Below, piece after piece: positions 7,160 to 14,682 of a stretch of 26,024 bases of DNA. A program made the position numbers and the translations under genes. The number at the start of each line of letters is the position of its first letter. Position 1 is the first letter of the stretch. Source of the stretch: a virus. Taxonomy: Duplodnaviria; Caudoviricetes. The stretch is taken from positions 1 to 26,024 of IMG/VR virus record IMGVR_UViG_3300030059_002474; one strand, written 5' to 3'. The notes below the pieces were generated by a model. The model was not told the origin of the DNA. It saw only the letters and a program-made list of their open reading frames with translations, and made no database searches.

Positions 7160-7831
7160 ATGAGCGATATTAAATTTACAACAGCAGGTGATTATATGAA
7201 TGACGTAGAAGATATAACTCCTGACTATACCGATGCACCTTGGTCGGATGAAAAGGAATATACACCTGAAGAACTTGCTGCAAAAGAAGCAAGCCTTGGG
7301 GCAGTGCTGCAAATGGTTGCCTCTGACCTTAGTGAAGGTATTTTGATTACCGAAGATATGGTTGAAGAAGAGGATGGCGAATATGCCTACCCTGAGATTA
7401 AAGATAGGATTGGTGAATCTATACGCTTTGACGACTACTTGTCAGAGAAAATTATGGCAATTAACTTCTTTACAGAAGAGTGCACGATTAAGAAGGATGG
7501 AAGCATGGACATGATAGGTGCTGAGATTCTTATTGACTACTATGGGACTGAAGTATTTATAGACACGACTTGTAACAGGTTAGTGACTAAGTTTGGGCCT
7601 CTTCATCTTATGACTTATTTTCATGGTGATGAAGATGGCGTTTCCGATACTCATTTTGAAGACCCTATGGACACACGGGGATTTTGTGACTTCTTATGGG
7701 AGCAGGAAGATGTTGACCCAGCTAGTCTGAAAGCCCTTATTATATCTAATGCAGAAGTTTGGACAGAATTGACAGGAAGGCAGCCTTCAAAGTTAATGAG
7801 TTTAGAAAACCCACTGCCACAGGTTCATTAA
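7160..7831 (+). CDS. very acidic hypothetical protein; paralogue of 5579..5944
   Basis: AAGGA SD, D/E-rich, MIGAEILIDYYGTEVFIDT core. Confidence 0.85.
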   Translation: MSDIKFTTAGDYMNDVEDITPDYTDAPWSDEKEYTPEELAAKEASLGAVLQMVASDLSEGILITEDMVEEEDGEYAYPEIKDRIGESIRFDDYLSEKIMAINFFTEECTIKKDGSMDMIGAEILIDYYGTEVFIDTTCNRLVTKFGPLHLMTYFHGDEDGVSDTHFEDPMDTRGFCDFLWEQEDVDPASLKALIISNAEVWTELTGRQPSKLMSLENPLPQVH

Positions 7832-7957
7832 AAACCCAAAGACCGCAGGGTTTAAAATGCGGTCATAACTGAAGTAAGGCCAACACTTGGCCATAACAAT
7901 AGCGGAGCCATTTCAGGCGTAAGCTAGGCTAGTGCAAGGGCCTTTAAGAGAGGACTT

Positions 7958-9157
7958 ATGGCTAGGAAGAAGGTAGAACGGGGCATCTATATGTTGCCTT
8001 CAGGATACCAAGTAAAGGTCACTGTAAAAGGTGTGCCGTTTGATACTTTTGTTGAAGGACACGACATAGTGAAAGCTAGAAGTGTACTGGCAAAAGCTAA
8101 ATCGGATATGCACCTTGGGCTTAACCCAGAGAAGCAAGAAAAGGCTAACTCAGGGCCAAGCATTTATAGTTTGCAAAACGCATACGATGAAACTTGGAAG
8201 CATCAGTGGGCATCTTTATCCAAGGATTATGGAAAGAAGATAAATCAGTATTGGGTGTGTTTTTCATCCTTTGTTCATGACGAATTGAAGTTGACTCGCG
8301 TGGACAAGATAACGACCAAGCATATAGATGAATACGTGACATTTCTGAAGTCTGTTAAAGGCAACAGTGGTTCCACTATTAATAATAAGCTAGGACTCGT
8401 TTCACCAATATTGAAGTTAGCATTTCGTCATAATGTTATAGCGAAAATGCCAGCAATAAAGTGGGAGCCAAAGGGTGAAGCTAGGCTCAGGTATTACACA
8501 CACGTTGAAGAGCAAAAGTTGCTTGAACTTTGTGACCTAATCCACTTTCACGATACGGACATCAACACCTTGCTGAAGGACTTTACTAAGGTTCTATTTA
8601 GTACAGGTATGAGGCCGTGGATGGAAGCACGGAATATCCAGCGAAGTTGGATACGTCAGGACTCTAGTGGCAACACTATATTGGAAGTGCCAAAAGCCTT
8701 CTCTAAGACGAACAGGAAGCGAAGCATACCGATTACTGGTGATGCGCTTGAGGTTCTCTGGAGGCGCGCAAGTGGCCTAGAACGGGACGAATACTTATTC
8801 CACCGCCTAGACTACAAATGGCATTGCAACAGGTTCTGGCAAGAGGTAGTCCGACCCACAATGGGATGGGGCGAAGATGAGGTGTGGTATGGTATCAGAC
8901 ACACATTCGCAACCCGACTATGTGAGTTGAAGGTGAACCTCAAGGTAGTACAGGAACTGATGGGACACACTAACATCAACCAAACAGCGCAGTATGCCAA
9001 GGCAACTGATAACGCCAAGTTTGATGCTATAGACGCTCTATCAGGTATGACAGGACAACGTGAGGAAGGAGCATTAAGCTTCCAAATGTTTTCAAATAAC
9101 GAGCAAAAAGCCGTGCAAAGTGCCGTGCAAAGTTTTGCTGAAGTAAGGGTTGGCTAG
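7958..9157 (+). CDS. int: tyrosine integrase
   Basis: TGMR, SKT, YGIRHTF (Y in place of the H of HxxR), LMGH and TAQY; N-terminal arm-binding-like segment. Confidence 0.95.
   Translation: MARKKVERGIYMLPSGYQVKVTVKGVPFDTFVEGHDIVKARSVLAKAKSDMHLGLNPEKQEKANSGPSIYSLQNAYDETWKHQWASLSKDYGKKINQYWVCFSSFVHDELKLTRVDKITTKHIDEYVTFLKSVKGNSGSTINNKLGLVSPILKLAFRHNVIAKMPAIKWEPKGEARLRYYTHVEEQKLLELCDLIHFHDTDINTLLKDFTKVLFSTGMRPWMEARNIQRSWIRQDSSGNTILEVPKAFSKTNRKRSIPITGDALEVLWRRASGLERDEYLFHRLDYKWHCNRFWQEVVRPTMGWGEDEVWYGIRHTFATRLCELKVNLKVVQELMGHTNINQTAQYAKATDNAKFDAIDALSGMTGQREEGALSFQMFSNNEQKAVQSAVQSFAEVRVG
9110..9133 (+). repeat. attP left arm-type sites
   Basis: Perfect tandem GCCGTGCAAAGT x2 inside the int 3' end. 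Confidence 0.75.
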
Positions 9158-9221
9158 ATGCTTAACCTCACGGGAAACCCAGTGACATCAGGGTGACCAT
9201 CTCTACGATAGCGACCGAATA

Positions 9222-9247
9222 AGGTTCGAATCCTCTCGGGCGCGCCA
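9222..9247 (+). mobile_element. attP core: 3' fragment of a tRNA, probably tRNA-Arg
   Basis: AGGTTCGAATCCTCTCGGGCGCGCCA comprises a T-loop, the 3' acceptor strand and CCA, like proteobacterial tRNA-Arg 3' ends. The 5' half is absent. It lies 65 bp downstream of int. Confidence 0.85.
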
Positions 9248-9310
9248 TTTTAGAGTGTGTTGCAGTGATGCAAATGAGTTTCAAATGAGGGCTAAAAGCC
9301 ACTCTTAAAC

Positions 9311-9341
9311 AAAGACTTGCTGAAAAGCAGGTCTTTTTTTT
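9311..9341 (+). terminator. intrinsic terminator downstream of attP
   Basis: AAAGACTTGCT-GAAA-AGCAGGTCTTT plus a T-tract; it would terminate the reconstituted tRNA transcript after integration. Confidence 0.9.
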
Positions 9342-9382
9342 GCCTAAAATTTAACCCTTCCCCTGTCCTTCATTTCAGGACT

Positions 9383-9406
9383 GTGCAAAGAATCGTGCAA
9401 AGAATC
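9383..9406 (+). repeat. attP right arm-type sites
   Basis: Perfect tandem GTGCAAAGAATC x2. Confidence 0.75.
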
Positions 9407-9743
9407 AGGACACATAATGTCTGATTTTCAATTAGCGTACCCTTACACACTACCCCACCGAAATCCAACTGTAGCACTATAGCTAATCAAAGCTTTGACC
9501 AAAGGTTGCACTATCACAATAGGTAAGCCTTCTATTCCCATTGTCGGCCCTCTTGCTAAGGCATAAATTCTTTTAAGTACCTTATAGGAAAGTTTACTTT
9601 TCGGGTCACTGGGAAGTCGGTATGTCCCTTTGGCACATCGGCATGTCAATAGACGTGCCTCTTGCCACTCACTTACCATATCCAGAGCCTGTCTAGGTTT
9701 GCTGTCAATCCCATATTTTCTCAATCAAAAGCATATGTGTTGA

Positions 9744-9845
9744 TTACAAAAAAAGAACAAATAGGTTTCCACTCGGAGACTCACGGGCTGTCTAGCCTAG
9801 CACCTTGTCAAGACTGACTGGCTGATTTTTTGGTTATTTAGTAGT
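9744..9845 (+). repeat. copy 2 of the ~100-bp direct repeat
   Basis: 27-bp identical core CTGTCTAGCCTAGCACCTTGTCAAGAC at 9788-9814. Confidence 0.9.
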
Positions 9846-9867
9846 GCGCAAAGTTTATTTCAACCTG

Positions 9868-9893
9868 TATAATTAGTTGTCTTTCGACATCTA
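9868..9893 (+). promoter_or_regulatory. sigma70 -10 element with an operator over the start site, upstream of RNAP
   Basis: TATAAT (9868-9873) abuts TAGTTG-TC-TTTC-GA-CATCTA (9874-9893). Confidence 0.65.
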
Positions 9894-9951
9894 TATAAAC
9901 GCATCTTAGGAGAGCCTATGAACCAGACATAAACCCCCGCAGTTAGTGACC

Positions 9952-9974
9952 AATAATTAAATTGCATTATAGCC
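9952..9974 (+). promoter_or_regulatory. phage RNAP promoter upstream of the RNAP gene
   Basis: AATAATTAAATTGCATTATAGCC. Confidence 0.75.
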
Positions 9975-10010
9975 TACGAGAATCGGCAGACCAGCGAAGC
10001 TGTGCCTATA

Positions 10011-10030
10011 AGTTTGTCTCTAGGTAACTA
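10011..10030. promoter_or_regulatory. operator-like site in the RNAP leader
   Basis: AGTTTG-TC-TCTA-GG-TAACTA. Confidence 0.55.
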
Positions 10031-10055
10031 TAAAACCTTAAAATAGGAGTGACAA

Positions 10056-12644
10056 ATGTCACAAGATAACTCTACATCCATCATCAATGATGACAATACA
10101 TTATTTGATACACAGCTAAACATAGAGATGACTATGAGGACTGAAGGTATTGAAAAAATGAAACGCAGCATCAACAAAAACCAACAAACTAGAGGTGAGT
10201 CAGGAACAGAATATGGTCACACTTTAATGGTTGAGGGTCTTCATAGATTTGCTGTTGGTGTCCAAGAATGGTTTGACCAACCTGTCACTGCTGGAAGAGG
10301 TTCACGTGTCCATAAAATTCTAAAGGGTGGCGATGCTGAGGTGATTGCTTATGTGTTTATGAAGTCCGTCATCAATGGTATTTCATCAAAGACATTCACT
10401 TTACAGAATGTCCAAAGAGCAGCAGCAGGTCATGTAGAAGATGAATTTCGTTTGGCTATGGTCAGGGAAGAAGATAAGGCTTTGCACCAACGATTAGTTG
10501 ACGCAGCGAACAAGCGAATTGGTTGGGCGAAGCGAGACACGTTGATGAGCGGTATGAAAGATGCAGCCTCTAAACGTAAAATCTCACACTGGCAAGATTG
10601 GGATGGTAATACCACCATTCACGTAGGTTCAGCGTTACTAACAATACTGATGGAAACTGTAGGTCTAGTAAAGATTGTCACTGAGTCTGCTGGCAAGAAC
10701 AACAAGGTTAAACGCTTAATGGCGACAGATGAAACACTGGAATGGATTACAAGGCGCAGCGATAAAGCTGGCCTAACCACACCAGTGTATAAGCCCCTTG
10801 TTATTCGTCCCAGAGATTGGACTTATGAGAACTTGACCGATGGTGTTTACTACACCCGTCATAACCGCCCAGTGAAGTTGGTTAAGTCCAGCAACAGGGC
10901 TTACTTTGATGAACTGAAACACGCTGACATGGATGTAGTTTTGTACTCAGTAAACGCTATGCAGGGGACTGCTTGGTCAGTCAATAAACCAATACTCAAA
11001 CTTCTTACAGAGATGTGGGAAGCGGGAATTGATTGGTGTCCTTCTATCCCTTCACGTCACAATCAAGAAGAGCCAGCAAAGCTTGAGGACTACGACAACG
11101 CTTCTATAGAAGAACGTGCTGCCTATGCTCAAGAACGAAACCTTGTTCGCATAGCTAATCGTGAGGAAATGTCTAAACGCTTTGCTTACGTTTCGCTGGT
11201 GGACACAGCAACAGAGTTTAGTCAGTACGATGAGTTTTACTTTGGGATGCAGTTAGATTTCAGAGGTCGTGTTTATAGTGTGTCCTCTTATAACTGTTTA
11301 GGGCCAGATGAAATGAAAGCCAGCTTACAGTTTGCTAAGGGTAAAGCCTTGGGCAAGGATGGATGGAAATGGCTGGCCACTCAATTATGTAACGTAGGAG
11401 ATTTTGACAAGATGTCTAAGGCTACATTTGAAGAGCGTGTTCAATGGGTCATGGACAATGAAGATTGGATACTAGACTGCGTAGAAAACCCTTGGGAAAA
11501 CCGCAGGTGGGCAGAAGCTGACAAGCCGTTCCTATTTATGGCTGCTGCAATTGAGTGGAAAGGATTCCTAGAACAAGGGGATTCATTCGTGTCTCACATT
11601 GCTGCATCACTTGATGGGTCGTGTTCAGGTCTTCAGCATTTAGCTATGGCTATGAACTGCAAAACGACTGCTAGAAGTGTCAACATCCTTCCCAATGATG
11701 TGCCACAAGATGTCTATCAAATCGTGGCAGACAAGGTTACAGCTCGCCTAGTGGAGGACTCACAGAAGTCATTTGAACATTGGGGTGAACCTGTCCTCAA
11801 TAACATGGGTGTGCGTGTGCCTTGCTACACTGAGTTGGCCTTAGAATGGTTGAAGTATGGGTTCGGGCGTAAAGAGGCCAAAACTTCAACAATGACTTAC
11901 AGCTATGGCTCAAAGCAATATGGTTTCAAGACTCAAATCCAAGAGACTGTCATGAAGAAAGCTAAAAAAGAATGTGCCAGAACAGGCCAGGATTTTCCAT
12001 TCTCTTATGATGGTGGTTATCGTGCTTCTAGCTACATAGCTCGGCTTCTTTGGGATGCGATAGTTGATACAGTGAAACGCCCTGCTCAGTTGATGGAGTG
12101 GCTAACACAAGCTGCAAGTAAGGTCGCCAAGACTAAGTTCGTCATGCGAGATGGTTCTAAACAAACTATGCCTGTGCGTTGGACTACACCTCTAGGTTTA
12201 CCTGTCCTTCAGTCGTATTACAACATGGAGACTCGCAGGGTTCGCACCAGTATCAATGGCACGATTGTGTACATGAACAGTAACTCACCACTTGACCAAA
12301 TTTGCAGTCGTAAATCTGCTCAAGGCATGAGTCCGAATTATGTTCATTCGCTTGATTCTAGCCATCTGATGCTGGCAGTAGCGAGGGCTAAGGAAGAGGG
12401 GATAGATGACTTCATGCTTATCCATGATTCATTTGGGACGCACTGTGCAGACACTGGACGCTTTGGTGGAATCATTCGTGAGGCTATGGTTGAAATGTAC
12501 TCTAACAGTGATGTGGTTCACGCACTTTACCTAGAGTTAAGGGCGCAGCTTTTACCTGAAGACATGGATGACTTTGCTCTACCTCCAGCCAAAGGCAACT
12601 TGGTATTAACTGACTCACTTGAGTCCCGTTATTCTTTTGCCTAA
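10056..12644 (+). CDS. single-subunit T7-like RNA polymerase (gp1)
   Basis: DFRGRVY, DGSCSGLQH, RKEAKTSTMTYSYGS, PNYVHSLD and IHDSF. Confidence 0.99.
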   Translation: MSQDNSTSIINDDNTLFDTQLNIEMTMRTEGIEKMKRSINKNQQTRGESGTEYGHTLMVEGLHRFAVGVQEWFDQPVTAGRGSRVHKILKGGDAEVIAYVFMKSVINGISSKTFTLQNVQRAAAGHVEDEFRLAMVREEDKALHQRLVDAANKRIGWAKRDTLMSGMKDAASKRKISHWQDWDGNTTIHVGSALLTILMETVGLVKIVTESAGKNNKVKRLMATDETLEWITRRSDKAGLTTPVYKPLVIRPRDWTYENLTDGVYYTRHNRPVKLVKSSNRAYFDELKHADMDVVLYSVNAMQGTAWSVNKPILKLLTEMWEAGIDWCPSIPSRHNQEEPAKLEDYDNASIEERAAYAQERNLVRIANREEMSKRFAYVSLVDTATEFSQYDEFYFGMQLDFRGRVYSVSSYNCLGPDEMKASLQFAKGKALGKDGWKWLATQLCNVGDFDKMSKATFEERVQWVMDNEDWILDCVENPWENRRWAEADKPFLFMAAAIEWKGFLEQGDSFVSHIAASLDGSCSGLQHLAMAMNCKTTARSVNILPNDVPQDVYQIVADKVTARLVEDSQKSFEHWGEPVLNNMGVRVPCYTELALEWLKYGFGRKEAKTSTMTYSYGSKQYGFKTQIQETVMKKAKKECARTGQDFPFSYDGGYRASSYIARLLWDAIVDTVKRPAQLMEWLTQAASKVAKTKFVMRDGSKQTMPVRWTTPLGLPVLQSYYNMETRRVRTSINGTIVYMNSNSPLDQICSRKSAQGMSPNYVHSLDSSHLMLAVARAKEEGIDDFMLIHDSFGTHCADTGRFGGIIREAMVEMYSNSDVVHALYLELRAQLLPEDMDDFALPPAKGNLVLTDSLESRYSFA

Positions 12645-12683
12645 TAGTTGTCGTACGACATTAATGTTGTCTAGTAACAACAG
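12645..12683. promoter_or_regulatory. two adjacent operator-like palindromes
   Basis: TAGTTGTCGTACGACATTAA (12645-12664) and ATGTTGTCTAGTAACAACAG (12664-12683). Confidence 0.6.
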
Positions 12684-12696
12684 TTCTCACTTTGCA

Positions 12697-12719
12697 AATA
12701 ATTAAATTGCATTAGAAGG
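12697..12719 (+). promoter_or_regulatory. phage RNAP promoter (class II)
   Basis: AATAATTAAATTGCATTAGAAGG. Confidence 0.8.
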
Positions 12720-12785
12720 ACACCAAACTCAAACCCTAATCAAGCCCCTCAATTCCGAGGGGTTTCTTGTATATGGAGATTAATT

Positions 12786-12923
12786 ATTAAAGACCTTACC
12801 GCAGAGCAAGCACTAGCTGCTCGCCTTCTACAAGCAGGTGAACCATTGCCTCTTGACCTAGCCGCCAAGCTTATTTCGCAGGGCGTAATCCTCGATGAGT
12901 TCATCGAAAAGCACATTAACTAA
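12786..12923 (+). CDS. 45-aa protein, apparently ATT-initiated (not in ORF track)
   Basis: GGAG SD at 12775-12778, then ATT. Reads (M)KDLTAEQALAARLLQAGEPLPLDLAAKLISQGVILDEFIEKHIN*; no in-frame ATG. Confidence 0.6.
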   Translation: MKDLTAEQALAARLLQAGEPLPLDLAAKLISQGVILDEFIEKHIN

Positions 12924-12958
12924 TAGCGTATTTACGCACCTGACATATAGGAAATTAT

Positions 12959-13597
12959 ATGACCCAAGTAAAGAAGAAAACTAACAAACTACCTATGCAC
13001 ATCTCACCAAAAGGTCGGACTGAATGGGCTAAGTTATGGAAGCCAGATACAAAGTTTAATGTAGATGGTGAATTTGGAACTAAGCTAATCATGGATAACG
13101 CAGACGCTACTGACATCATGTCGATGTTAGATGCAGCCCATGAGTTAGCCATTAAGTCAGCACTAGCTGAAACTGGAAAGGCGCGAGACAAGCTTCGTGT
13201 TACTGACCCTTATGTCGTTAACCAAGAAACTGGTGATGTCACTATTAAGCTCAAGCTTAAAGCAAAAGTAACCACCCAAAAGGGTGACAAGTTTGACCAG
13301 AAACCATTGGTCGTTGATGCAAAACGTAACCCCATCACTTCGGAGATTCCACTATGGAATGGCTCACTTGTGCGTGTTGGCTTTCAAGTCATTCCGTACT
13401 ACACATCTCTTGCTGGTGCAGGGTTATCACTGAGGTTACGTTCCGTCCAAGTCATTGAAGCATTGGCTGGGAATAGCGATGCCACTAGCTTGTTTGAAGA
13501 CGAAAATGGTTATGAGCATGAAGCCCAAGTAGTAGCTCCAGATGCCCAAGGCTTTTCAGAAGAAGCGGGGCAGGTGAATGAAGCCTTCCCATTCTAA
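12959..13597 (+). CDS. ssb: single-stranded DNA-binding protein (gp2.5-like)
   Basis: SPKG...KPDTKF, LWNGS and GLSLRLRSVQVIE; acidic tail ending in Phe. Confidence 0.92.
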   Translation: MTQVKKKTNKLPMHISPKGRTEWAKLWKPDTKFNVDGEFGTKLIMDNADATDIMSMLDAAHELAIKSALAETGKARDKLRVTDPYVVNQETGDVTIKLKLKAKVTTQKGDKFDQKPLVVDAKRNPITSEIPLWNGSLVRVGFQVIPYYTSLAGAGLSLRLRSVQVIEALAGNSDATSLFEDENGYEHEAQVVAPDAQGFSEEAGQVNEAFPF

Positions 13598-13985
13598 AGA
13601 CGTTGGTCTGAAGTACGGGTTTAGAAGTGGATTAGAAGTACGGGTAGCTAAAGAGTTACAAGCTCAAGGCATCCCTTATACCTACGAGGAAGAGAAGATT
13701 AAGTACACAAAACCTTCTCGCCTCAGCGTCTACACGCCTGACTTTAAGATAGGCAACATCTTTATTGAAACCAAAGGACGCTTCATGGTGGCTGACCGCC
13801 AGAAGCACATCCTAATCAAAGAACAACATCCTGATTTAGACATCAGGTTCGTGTTCTCCAACCCCAAGCAGCGAATCTCTAAATCTTCACGCACTACATA
13901 TGCAATGTGGTGTGAGAAACACGGGTTCCTGTTCGCAAAGGAGTCGATACCACATCAATGGCTAATCGAAGCAAAACAGAATTAA
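13578..13985 (+). CDS. endonuclease I (gp3-like)
   Basis: FRSGLE, YTPDF, IETKGRF and HPDLDIRFVF. Confidence 0.97.
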   Translation: MKPSHSKDVGLKYGFRSGLEVRVAKELQAQGIPYTYEEEKIKYTKPSRLSVYTPDFKIGNIFIETKGRFMVADRQKHILIKEQHPDLDIRFVFSNPKQRISKSSRTTYAMWCEKHGFLFAKESIPHQWLIEAKQN

Positions 13986-14395
13986 TAGTCATTCACTGCA
14001 CCGCAACACGCCCTAGCATGACAGATGTTGGGCGAACTGAAATAGACGCATGGCATCGCCATCGAGGATTTTTTGGTGTGGGTTACCACCACATTATTAA
14101 ACGTGATGGTGTGCTTGAAGAAGGCCGTCATCCAGACAAAGTGGGCGCACATGCCCGTGGCTTTAACTCTATTTCTATAAGCATCGCAATGGTCGGTGGC
14201 GTTACTGAAAATGACGTGAACTTACCAGAAGACAATTTTACGGACGAACAATGGGTGACTCTTAAAGCACTCGTTGAAAGGCTGACGGAGTTATATCCAG
14301 ACGCTGAAGTTCTTGGCCATCGTGATTTACCTAAAGTTTCTAAAGCCTGTCCAGCCTTCGATGTGAAGAGCTGGTGGGCTAATGAAAATAATTAA
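13958..14395 (+). CDS. N-acetylmuramoyl-L-alanine amidase (T7 lysozyme gp3.5-like)
   Basis: IVIHCTAT, VGYH, GAH, GHRD and KACPAFDV. Confidence 0.96.
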   Translation: MANRSKTELIVIHCTATRPSMTDVGRTEIDAWHRHRGFFGVGYHHIIKRDGVLEEGRHPDKVGAHARGFNSISISIAMVGGVTENDVNLPEDNFTDEQWVTLKALVERLTELYPDAEVLGHRDLPKVSKACPAFDVKSWWANENN

Positions 14396-14409
14396 ATTGC
14401 ATTATTGCC
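14387..14409 (+). promoter_or_regulatory. phage RNAP promoter (class II)
   Basis: AATAATTAAATTGCATTATTGCC. Confidence 0.75.
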
Positions 14410-14482
14410 AGACCTAAATCAACGCCTTCAATTCTGAGGGCGTTTCATTCTTATGAACTCAATAACTGAGAGAGAAAAAATT

Positions 14483-14680
14483 ATGACCCAAACAAATACA
14501 GTAATTAATCACCTGAACAACAACCGCAAGTTAACTTCAATTGAAGCGATAGGCTTGTACGGAATCACACGGCTTGCTGCTGTGGTTTTCACCTTGAGAA
14601 AGAGCGGTATTCAAGTCAACACGACCATGAAAGATGGCGTGAACAAAACTCAGTACGCTGAATACAGCTTAGTCCACTGA
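14483..14680 (+). CDS. small winged-HTH protein (start probably 14483)
   Basis: Q...VINHL....LTSIEAI..YGITRLAA....LRKSG pattern of phage HTH proteins. Confidence 0.8.
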   Translation: MTQTNTVINHLNNNRKLTSIEAIGLYGITRLAAVVFTLRKSGIQVNTTMKDGVNKTQYAEYSLVH

Positions 14681-14682
14681 CC

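Noticed and set aside
9175-9247. Complete tRNA gene
   Set aside because: No 5' acceptor strand or D arm, and the T-stem pairs for only 3 bp; it is an att fragment.
9248-9265. TTTTAGAG resemblance to a type II CRISPR repeat
   Set aside because: Single short match with no array or spacers.
9443-9724. 93-aa minus-strand ORF next to attP as an excisionase
   Set aside because: TTG start without SD and no recognisable wHTH/Xis pattern; not fully excluded.
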